Shown: one piece after another, positions 49,353 to 59,761 of the stretch
How the letters are laid out: every line of letters starts with the position of its first letter
How positions within the stretch are numbered: the first letter of the stretch is position 1
From: Chiloscyllium plagiosum
Taxonomy: Eukaryota
Assembly (NCBI RefSeq): GCF_004010195.1
Contig: NC_057750.1
Coordinates: forward strand, 5,668,595 to 5,728,355
Direction of reading: 5' to 3'
DNA: 59,761 nt
Notes under the pieces: model-generated
Told to the model about the DNA's origin: nothing
Databases searched by the model: none
Seen by the model: the letters and a program-made list of their open reading frames with translations, nothing else
Program-made: the position numbers and the translations under genes

Positions 49353-50467
49353 CGGGAGCAGGCCAACAATGAGAGGCAGAAAACAACTCAGCTGCGCCCA
49401 GCCTGTCTTTCTCACGTGCGCACACATACACAGTAGCAAACACCCGGAAATCTCCACTCAGAGGTTTATGGAGACTAGATCACAGAAAATATTTAGAGAG
49501 GAGGTAGGTGGATGTTTGAAATATTGGAAATTTGAGGGCTATGAGAAGCTGGCACACAAGAGGAGTTGAGGCCTAGGACAGATCACCTATGATCTTCCTG
49601 ACTTGGCGGGGCAGACTTGATGGGCCGAATGGTCTATTTCAGCTCCTGTTTCTTATGTGTTTCTCTCAGGAATGTCCCAGGGCACTTTAGAGCCAGTGAC
49701 ACCCTTTGTGAAATGTAGTACCTGTTATGAGGGAAAAGCAGCAGCCAGTTTGTACGCAGTCCCACAAACAGCAATGTCATCGTGTCCAAATCCTGAATGT
49801 TTTTAATCTTGAGATGTTGGTAGAAACACAAACATCAGCCAGGACACTGGGCACTGGAGGGGCTTGAGGAGGCAGTAGTCTCCCTGATCTTGTTTGAGTT
49901 AGTGATCACTGGATCTTTTAGGCTGGTCTCGGTTTAGTAGCTAGGCCAAAATACGGCGCCTTCTGACAGTGCAGCACTCCCTCAGTACCAGCCTCACTGT
50001 TTTGACATTAAGACCTGAAGAGGAACTTGAATCTCTGATACAGTGACGAGACTGCTCGTTAGGAAGTCACTTCTGAGAGAACGTTGCACTGAAATTTGGT
50101 CTCTTACCTCAAAAACTGAGCTCCTTCTGCATCTCAGGCTGAACCAGAGTGTTTCTAATCACTGTATCTGCCTCCAAATTAACATTCTGACAATCCCCCC
50201 CTCCCCCAACCTTTTTAGAAAAAAATGCTTTCTATTTTGACTCTATTCTGAAAATAAACTTTTAACAGGTTATCAGCGCCCGATACAAAATCAAACGATT
50301 AACAGAAGCTTCGGAAAATCAAATAAGCTAACATTATTTGGGGTGATGGGGGATGCACCCCAGCCCCTGCAGTGCCCGCTGGACTCTGATTCTGATTCTA
50401 TTCTTGTGGCACTGCCACTTCCAAACGTTCAACCAAAGAAGTTCAGTTGCTGGAACACAGTCCAGTC

Positions 50468-50753
50468 CATGGCTCAGTGGTTAGCACTTCTGCCTCACAG
50501 CACCAGGGTCCCAAGTTCAATTCCAGCCTCGGGCGACTGTCTGTGTGGAGTTTGCACATTCTCCCCGTGTCTGTGTGGGTTTCCTCCCACAGTCCAAAGA
50601 TGTGCAGGCCAGGTGAATTGGCCGTGCTAAATTGCCCGTAGTGTTAGACGCATTAGTCAGAGGGAAATGGGTCTGGAGTGGGTTACTCTTCGGAGGGTCA
50701 GTGTGGACTGGTTGGTCCGAAGGGCCTGTTTCCACACTGTAGGGAATCTAATC
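50468..50753 (+). mobile_element. HE1-like V-SINE
   Basis: Consensus match. Confidence 0.87.
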
Positions 50754-51036
50754 CATCACAGAAGCCAATCTTCCATCCATTGACACTGCCTGGGGAAGGC
50801 AGCCAACATCATTAAAGACCCCTCCCACCCCCATTATACCAACCTCTCCATCAGGCAGAAAATACAAAAGCTTAAACACACAAACCAACAAGTTCAAGAA
50901 CATCCTTCCCCACACTGTTATTAGACTGCTTAATGGACCTCTCAAATTCCAAATCTGATTTTGATCTTGCTTTTCATGCACCTTCGTTGTGGCCATAACT
51001 TTGCATTCCACCCTATGTACTTTGTGTAGTATTACT

Positions 51037-51346
51037 TAGATTAGATTACTTACAGTGTGGAAACATGCCCTTCAGCCTAACAAGTCCACACTGACCCACT
51101 GAAGCGCAACCCACCCAGACCCATTCCCCTACATTTACCCCTTCACCTAATACTACGGGCAATTTAGCATGGCCAATTCACCTAACCTGCACATTTTTGG
51201 ACTGTGGGAGGAAACCGGAGCACCCAGAGGAAACCCACGCAGACACCGGGAGAATGTGCAAACTCCACACAGTCAGTTGCCTAAGGCAGGAATTGAACCC
51301 AGGTCCCTGGCGCTGTGAGGCAGCAGTGCTAGTCACTGTGCCACCC
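51037..51346 (-). mobile_element. HE1-like V-SINE
   Basis: Reverse-complement consensus match. Confidence 0.87.
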
Positions 51347-53559
51347 ACAGAGTATGATCTGCCTGCATGCAAAACAAAACTTTTCACTGCACCTCGGTAC
51401 ATCTGACAATAATAAATCAAATCAAAACAAAAGAAATGGCTGGAAAAGCTCAGAACATTCTTAAGAAGTGGACCCGAACCATTAACTTTGCTTTCTCTCT
51501 ACAGATGCTGCCAGACCTGCTGAGCTTCACTGGCAATTTCTATTTTTGTTACTTCTCTGCCCAGGCCTTTATTGGCTACAGATTTGACCAATGCAGCCTT
51601 GTTTTCCTTTGCCTTAAATAAGCTGCAACCAATCGTAACTCTGCCTTCTGTCCAATTCTACACCAGGTTGTGTTTGCCCAACCTTCCTGCGTTGACTGAC
51701 TGCAATGTACTGCAGCCCTGCAATCCTTCAGGGTTTACCATCTCCTTGGCCATTTCACAGAATTACTAAACTGTTATGGCACAGGAGGCCATTTGGCTCA
51801 TGTTAGCATCAGTTCTCCTTGCTTTTTCCCTGTAACCATTCCTTTAGAGAAAACAGTCCAATTCCTTCTAATTGAATGTGACTGAACCTCTGCCACCCCA
51901 CACTCAGGAAGCACATTCCAGGCCTTAACCCCACAGTGTGGGAAGAAGATTTTCCTCATGTCACTTCTGCCAATTACCTTAGAGCTATGCCCTCTCATTT
52001 TCCAACTTTTCACTGATGGGATCAGTTAGTCCCTCTGTAGCCACCTCATAATTTGAAAATCTCAAGCAAACCGCCCCTCAACCTTCTCCATTCTCACCAC
52101 TTACCGAAAATCCTCATCCCTGGAACCATCCTGTTGAATGTCTTCTGGATTTTTTCCTTACCCTCCTTAACCTCCCCCACCTCACCATCAGTGACCAACT
52201 GTGAACTCCCAGGGCCCTGCAAATAATGGAATTCTCTGCCTAAACTTCTCAGTCTCTCTTTATCTGAGAACCTAATGATGATCCAAAACCTTTCTACCTG
52301 TTTTGAATTTTGAAATGTTCTTTTAGGATGTTACTTTTCCTCCTGATTAAGCAAGGTTACATTCTTGGGTACAAGTTTGTTCTCTGTAACCTCCTGCAGC
52401 CCTCGCACAGATAGAATCCCGACAGTGCGGATAGATTTGGCCCATCAGGTCTGCACTGACCCACCTATCCTTGTAACCTGCATTTCCCATGACTAACCCA
52501 CCTAGCCTACACATCCTTAGAGACTACAGGGTAATTTAGCACGGCCAATCCACCTGCACATAGAGTCATACAGCATGGAAATAGTCCCTTTGATCCAAAC
52601 TCATCCATGCCGACCAGATATCCTAAATTAATCTAATCCCATTTGACCCATATCCCTTAAACCCTTCCTATTCATGTACCCAACATCTTTGGACTGTAGG
52701 AGGAACACACATAGACACGGGGAGTACATGCAAACTCTATGTTGCCCAAGGCTGGAATCAACCCAAGGTCCCTGGCACTGTGATGTGGTAGTGCCAACCA
52801 CTGAGCCAACATGTCACCCTATTCCCCTGGAATATCTCCCCTCAACTAACTCTGGCCTCTTAAGTCTCCCCAGACTTTAATCCAGTCCACCATTTAACAG
52901 GTTATAGTGAGGCACTTTAACAGAAACAGCCATGCCTGGACTCCAAACTCGAGAACTCCCTCTCTAAGCTTTTCCATCCCCTGCTACCTCCTTAATGCAA
53001 ATTAAAACCAACCATTTTAGCCAAGCTTTCAGCCACCTGACCTAGTACTGCAGATCCTTCTGTTAAATTTTATTTTCGATAAAAGCACCATGGGACTTTT
53101 GATTACGTTTAAAAGGTGCTACACAAATAAATTTTGTTTCTGGTTACTGTAAAGTCACTTTCACATCCTCAGGAAGTCACACCGCACTTGGCAGCTCATG
53201 AATTATTTTTGAAGTGCAGTCATTGTGAAGCCTTCTTATGCAGCATGGTCTCACAACCACCACAAGATAAAGTAACTATTCCAGGACTAGTTGAGAGAGA
53301 AATCATGTTCAGGAAGGAATATTCCCTGGCTTTTCATCAAAATAGTTCACAATGAGATTCTTGCGTCTATCAGAAAAGGCCAAGGTTCAACATTGGTTTA
53401 GGAATCCCAATTCTTTGCCACATTTACTCATGGTCTTGCATTACCAGGTCATTATCAGATTGCTGTTCATGGGACATTAACACAAAGCAGTTGCCACTTT
53501 TCCCACATCAGCACTTCAAATGTACTGCAGAGTGTTAAGAGTTTAGAAAACATCCTGAT

Positions 53560-54170
53560 GGGTGGCTCGGTGGTTAACACTGCTGCTTCACAGTGCCAGA
53601 GACCCAGGTTTGATCCTACACTTGGGTGACTGCGGAGTTTGCACATCGTCTGCATGGGTTTCCTCTGGGTGCTCTAGTCTCCCCCCCCCCTGCCCCCTCA
53701 GGGGGATCGGCTGTGCTGAGTTGCCCATCGTCTGCAGGGATGTGCAGGCTGGGTGGGTTTTTTAGATTAGATTCACTACAGTTTGGAAACAGGCCCTTCG
53801 GCCCAACAAGTCCACACCGACCCTCCGAAGAGCGACCCACACCCCTACATTTACCCATTCACCTAACACTAGGAGCAATTTAGCATGGCCAATTCACCTG
53901 GCCTGCACATTTTTGGACTGTGGGAGGAAACTGGAGGAAACCCACGCAGACGCGGGGAGAATGTGCAAACTCCACACAGTCAGTTGCCTGAGGCGGGAAT
54001 TGAACCCAGGTCTCTGGCACTGTGAGGCAGCAGTGCTAATCACTGTGCAACCATGGGAAATGCAGGGTTAGAGGGATAGAATATGGGGCTGAGTGGGCTG
54101 CTCTTCAGAGGGTTGGTGTGGACTCGATGGGCCAAATGGCCTGTTTCCACATTGTACAGATTCTATGATG
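53560..54170. mobile_element. Older HE1-like SINE (+) split by a younger HE1-like SINE (-, 53762-54052)
   Basis: Host stops at GCAGGCTGGGTGG and resumes at CCATGGGAAATGCAGGGTTA. Confidence 0.8.
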
Positions 54171-54420
54171 TTGTGATAGACACCAAGAGAAATGTGAGTC
54201 TATACTTTTCCCAAGTTCCCCACCTCCCTCAGCTTTGTGCTGTTGGTCATCCATGTGGTCAATCCTCATGCCATATAGTAGGAGTGGGCCATTCAGCCCG
54301 CAAGCCTATGCCACCATTTTAGATCATGGCCGACCATGTGTAGCAACAACATTTTCCCACACCATCCTCATATCCTTGGTGTCTTTAATATCAAGAAATA
54401 CTTCAAACCCTGTCTTGAAA

Positions 54421-54722
54421 GGGGTGGCACGATGATCAGTGGTTAGCACTGCTGCCTCACAGCACCAGGGTCCCGGGTTTGATTCCATCCTCAGGTGACT
54501 GTCTGTGTGGAGTTTGCACATTCTCCCCGTGTCTGCGTGGGTTTCCTCCGGTTTCCTCCCACAGTCCAAAGATGTGCAGGCCAGGTGAATTGGCCATGGT
54601 AAACTGCCCCATAGTGTTAGGTGCATTAGCCAGAGGGGAATGGGTCTGGGTGGGTTACTCTTCGGAGGGTCGGTGTGGACTGGTTGGGCCGAAGGGCCTG
54701 TTTCCACACTGTAGGGAATCTA
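54421..54722 (+). mobile_element. HE1-like V-SINE
   Basis: Consensus match. Confidence 0.87.
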
Positions 54723-56919
54723 AAAAAAATACTCAATGACTTGAGTGTTCTGTGACAGAGAATTTCAAAGATTTCACCATCCCCTGAAGAAAGTCCTCCT
54801 CATGTCAGTCCTAAAATGGCTCACCTTTTATTCCGAAATGGTGTACCCTGGTTCTAGAACCCACAACCCGGGAGAAATATCCTTTCTTCATTTACTCTGT
54901 CTGTCCCTTTAAGAATGATTTTAAGAGATTGCCTCTCACTCCTAAAACCAAAGACTACAGGCTTAATCTCTGCAAAGATCAGTCCCACCACCCAAAGAAT
55001 CAGTCTGGTGAAGCTTTGCTTCATTTCTTACATGGCAAATATAGTGTTCCTCAGACCAGAGGGTCAGGACTTCACAAATACTCCAAGATGCGGCCTCGGT
55101 TTATCCTACAGAATGGTAGCAAGACATCTTTGCAGCTGTGTTCATATTTGTGATAAATATGTCCATTTGCCTACCAAACTTCCTGCTGCACCTGACTCAT
55201 GAACAAAGACATCCAGGTCCCTTTGGACGTCAAAACTTTCCAATTGCTCACCATTTAAGAAATCCTCTGCACCTGACTTAACCACCTTCATTGTTGTTAA
55301 AGTTAATAAACAGAAGCGTTAAAGACAACAAAAGAAAAGTTTCCCCAGGGTGTTGCTCAGAGCAATGACCCAGAGTTTAAAGCATCAGTTCCAGGGGATT
55401 CGAGACAGATTAAACAAGGAGAAGGAAGATTATGTTTAATGTTATATCTGAAAGATATAGTGCTTCAAAACCACCAAGATCTCTCAACAAGGAAACCGTC
55501 TCTCGGTTCAAGTGCCTAAGGTGAAACTTGAACCCACAACTGACAATTAGGGCTAATTCTCTGATTGCAAATTGTCAATTTCAATGCAACTCTGACCTGC
55601 AATCCCTGATGACTTGGGGGGAGGGGGGGGAAACTGGGGACGGCTGGGAGGCGAGTTGCGGGGGCGTGGTGGTCCCTCATGAGAACGAGAGAGGGAGCGA
55701 GACAGACAAACACTCCCACGCACAGAAAGAGTCACAGGCATGGGTCACATGACTGGGAGCAACTTGTCAAAGTGTCTGGGCACCAGATCTCTCTGTGTCT
55801 GAACTCTCAGCAATTTTGGCAGGAGCAGGAAGGCGAGCATGTTTTTTTTAAGCAAAGAGAAACGTTTTGCAAAGCAGATGTTAATTTTCCCTCGAAGGGC
55901 TTTGACCTGCTCACCTGCCCTCCAAGGGCAAGAACTCAGACTGGAATGGCCCCAGTCTCTCAGACGCTGTTGAGTCAGCAGTGGTTACCTTAGCCCTATT
56001 GATTGCACCTGACCTGCCAAAATAACAGTGACCTGTGAATTGTAGAGGTCGATGGGCAGCCAAGTGCAGAGTGGATTGTGGACCCCTCCCTGACCCAGGG
56101 GAATTGAGGGATATCTCTGGATACCTAGCAGCCCGCAGTCACTGATGTCAGCTCGGAGAGTCTTCCAGTTGGCAAGCAGCAGCCATTTTGAATGTCATTC
56201 TCTCAGTCACCAAAGATTGAAAGAAAGTGGCTACCTTCCCCCCTTGCCAATAAACAAAGCACAAGACTCCAGGCCACAGTGGAGCTCCTCGATCAACTCA
56301 AATTAGTTCGCTGTTCCTCAATCTGTCATTGCCCTTTATCAGCACTTTTTCAAAGATTATTTTCCTGTGATTATTTTTCTCTCTCTGTCCTCTCTTCAAG
56401 TTGCTGACTGTTCTTAGGGTCTGGTTCCCACGGACGATAGGCACTACTCAAGATGCCAGCTCTTTTTTTAAATTCACTCATAGGATGCATGAGTTGCTGG
56501 TTGGGCCTAGCATTTATTGCTTGTCCCTAGTTACCCCCTTGAGAAGGTGGGGGGGTGAGCTGCCTTCTTGAACCGCTGCAGTCCACCTGCTGTGGGTTGA
56601 CCCACAATGCCCTGAGGGAGGGAACTGAACTCTCCCAACCCCAGGTTTTCTGATCTCCCCATTTGCATTGATCGTTTTACAGAATGACATACAAATTAGG
56701 ATCAGGAATAGGGCATCCGAGCCCTCGAGCCTGGTGTGTCATTCAATAAGATCATGACTGATCTGATTATGACCTCAACCCCACCCCCTTGGCTAGATAA
56801 GCACCTATCGACCTCAGCTTCAAGATGTTCAGCAACTCTCTGCAAGGGAAAAGGAGTTTTGTAACCCTCTGGGAGATAAATATTTCTCCTTCCAAACTTC
56901 CAAAGAAACTCACCCTATA

Positions 56920-57155
56920 CCATAACCCCATATATACCATGGCTAATCCACCTCGCCTGCACATCTCTGGACACTATGGGCAATTTAGCATGGCCAATCC
57001 ACCCTAACCAGCACATCTTTGGACAGTAGGAGGAAACTGGAGCACCCAGAGGAAACCCACGCAGACACGGGGAGTACGTGCTCACCCCACCTGAGGGTGT
57101 AATCAAACCTGTGCCCCTAGTGTGTTCAAGTAGCAGTGCTAACCACTGTGCCCCC
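56920..57155 (-). mobile_element. HE1-like V-SINE (decayed)
   Basis: GGGCAATTTAGCATGGCCAATCCACCCTAACC..GCAGTGCTAACCACTG. Confidence 0.75.
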
Positions 57156-57623
57156 TAAATGCAAGATCCCTTATTTTTAAAATGTCCTCCCCTAGTTGTA
57201 GTCTCTCCCATGAGGGGAAAACATACCCATCTCAATAACACCACATCTCATTCTTCCCATCTCCAAAGGATAGAGGCTCAATCTCTTCGGATAAATGTCT
57301 CCTCCCTGATCCCTAGTTAATCTGTGATGCATCACATCCTTTCATACAAACTGCCCCATAACCTTTACCCTCTTTACCTCTGTTATACCCTCCAGTCCTC
57401 ACAACTCTGTGCGATATCTCCACCCATCTAACTCTGGCCTCTTGCTCATCCCTAGATTTCAATGGGTGGGGCACTTCTTTAGCTCTGTTATTCCCTCCGT
57501 AAACCTCTGTCCCATCTCACTTTTCTCCCTCAAGAAAGCTCTTTAAAATCCTCCTCTTTGACTGAGTTGTTTGCCTTCCCGCTATCTATGTGAGTGACTC
57601 ATTCTGCGGTGCAGCACTCTTTG

Positions 57624-58555
57624 TCATAGAGTCATATAGCACGGAAACAGACCCTTCGGCCCAACCCGTCCATGCCGACCAGGTTTCCTAAACTGAACTG
57701 GCCCCATTTGCCTGCTCTTGGCCCATATCCTGCTAAACTAGGGTGGTTAGCACTGCTGCCTCCCAGCGCCAGGGCCCTGGGTTCGATTCCACCCTCAGGT
57801 GACTGTCCATGTGGAGTTTGCACATTCTCCCCGTGTCTGCGTGGGTTTCCTCCGGGTGCTCCGGTTTCCTCACACAATCCAAAAGATGTGCAGGTCAGGT
57901 GGATCGGCCATGCTAAATTGCCTGTAGTGTTAGGCGCATTAGTCAGAGTGTTACAAGGGGACATAAATTTAAGGTGAAGGGTGGAAGGTATAGGGGAGAT
58001 GTCAGGGGTGGGTTCTTTACCCAGAGAGTGGTGGGGGCATGGAATGCGCTGCCTGTGGGAGTGGTAGAGTCAGAATCTTTGGTGACCTTTAAGCGGCAAT
58101 TGGATAGGTACATGGATGGGTGCTTAAGCTAGGACAAATGTTCGGCACAACATCGTGGGCCGAAGGGCCTGTTCTGTGCTGTATTGTTCTATGTTCTATG
58201 TTCTAAATGGGTCTGGGTGGGTTACTCTTCGGAGGGCCGGTGTGGACTTGTTGGGCTGAAGGGCCTGTTTCCACATTGTAGGGAATCTAATCTAATCTAA
58301 ACCTTTCTTATCCATGTACCTGTCTTTTAAATGTTGTAATTGCACCCGCCTCCACCACTTCCTCTGGCAGCTTGCTCCATACTCGCACAATCCCCTGCGT
58401 GAAAAAGTTGCCCCTCAGGTCCCTTTTAAATCTTTCCTCTCTCACCTTAAACCTATGCCCTTTAGTTTTGTATTCCCCTATCCTTGGGAAAAGGCTTTGG
58501 CCTTTCACCTCATCTATGCCCCTCGTGATTTTATAAACCTCGATAAGGTCACCCC
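57624..58555. mobile_element. Three-level nest: CR1 (-) > HE1-like SINE (+, ~57739-58300) > CR1 3' end (+, ~57948-58203)
   Basis: Each host resumes after its insert; CTAAAC at both SINE junctions. Confidence 0.8.
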
Positions 58556-58787
58556 TTTTGTTCCATGCCAGGTGCTAGATAAATGCAAGTCGTACCAGGA
58601 AATTCTCCAGTCCTTTTTCTTCCAAGTGACGCTCATGGCCCTCTCGGAGGAAAGCCCTCTGGTGCATTAGATGCCGTTTGGAAGTTTGTTGTTAAGTGGC
58701 CTGGCTGTCATCCCAGTCTAATGAACAGACTAAATCCCCCATTCAGATAATTAGTGTCCAATTACTAGATCAGGATGCACATTATGC

Positions 58788-58809
58788 AGAGAGAGAGAGA
58801 GAGAGAGAG
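58788..58809. repeat. (GA)n microsatellite
   Basis: Directly visible. Confidence 0.95.
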
Positions 58810-59448
58810 GGTGAATGCACCCTCATCTTAGACAGGGAAAACTCAGCCTCTCCAACCCATCACCCCAGCTGAGATTGGCTCGACTTAGTGGGGTTCCGGA
58901 TAGCATAAACCCTGTGGATTTTCCTGCTTATAGTTAACCACCTCACAATTTGGAGCTGTTAATTAATTTGGAAAAGCGTGCGAATGCAAGTGAGCCTTAA
59001 TCAGAGCACCCCCAACCATCCCTGTCAGATTTAACCCTGACATAAGGTCATAGACCGCCCCCCCCCCCCGTGTAATGCCCTCAACTGTTAAACGCTGCGC
59101 CAGCCAACACTGATCGCTGCCATCTGCGGCAGCCCAGACTCCACTCCCTCTCCTCGGCCACGGGAGACCACAAGGAACAGATGTAGGTAATTTCTACCTG
59201 GGCACAGAGCAGCCTGGTAATTACAGTCCTGGTGTGTGGGGGCTGGCAGGTTTGGAGGTGGGGGGTGCTGATAGAATGCCCAGCCATTGCTCGCTGAACC
59301 AAGGCAGCTGGCCAAACATGACAGAGGTCAGTGTTTCTACACAATGCCCGTGCCAGAGAGCACTACCTCACTGAGTTTTATAAAGAGAAAGGCGAATGCG
59401 AGCGACAGCCCTTCCTGCAGACCAGCCTGTCCTGCGTCAATCTCCCAC

Positions 59449-59761
59449 CATCCCCCTCCTACCTCCCTCAATCCCCGTGAAACAACAATGAACTGAGAAG
59501 CTCCTTTGAGGCCCCATATCCTAACAGCTACAGACCAGTACTGTTTGGGGGCAGGGTAGGTGATAGTGTCACAGGATGTGGCAGTGGCTCGGGGGAGTAG
59601 GGTGGCATCCCCCTCCTACCTCCCTCAATCCCCGTGAAACAACAATGAACTGAGAAGCTCCTTTGAGGCCCCATATCCTAACAGCTACAGACCAGTACTG
59701 TTTGGGGGCAGGGTAGGTGATAGTGTCACAGGATGTGGCAGTGGCTCGGGGGAGTAGGGTG
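59449..59761. repeat. Identical 157-bp tandem duplication running off the window end
   Basis: 59449-59605 repeated from 59606. Confidence 0.95.

Overview
Vertebrate genomic DNA, almost certainly from a shark (abundant HE1-type V-SINEs and CR1/HER1-type LINE fragments; inference from repeat content). There are two assembly gaps (585-1084, 27579-27985). The one real protein-coding gene is a + strand, divergent BCL11-family zinc-finger gene (BCL11A/BCL11B/ZNF296 family). It has three visible coding exons (15127-15432, 36447-37300, 40451-41272; about 660 aa), and its MSRRKQ-type exon 1 was not found in the window. Its structure is unusual: a GC-AG 21-kb intron, and an extra intron splitting what is one terminal exon in BCL11A-XL/BCL11B. 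That extra intron is bounded by an 8-bp direct repeat and starts with a degenerate ~150-bp tandem array containing copies of the splice donor. Other notable items: an antisense RPL27 processed pseudogene in that intron, a probable solo LTR carrying a tRNA-Thr-derived sequence, many palindromic Penelope-like elements with hammerhead-ribozyme-like cores, a minisatellite of near-RFX X-box motifs beside a CpG-rich patch, and a candidate intronic enhancer. Most of the remaining sequence is nested SINE/LINE debris, and nearly all other ORFs in the track are repeat- or gap-derived. Repeat boundaries are approximate and were read by eye.
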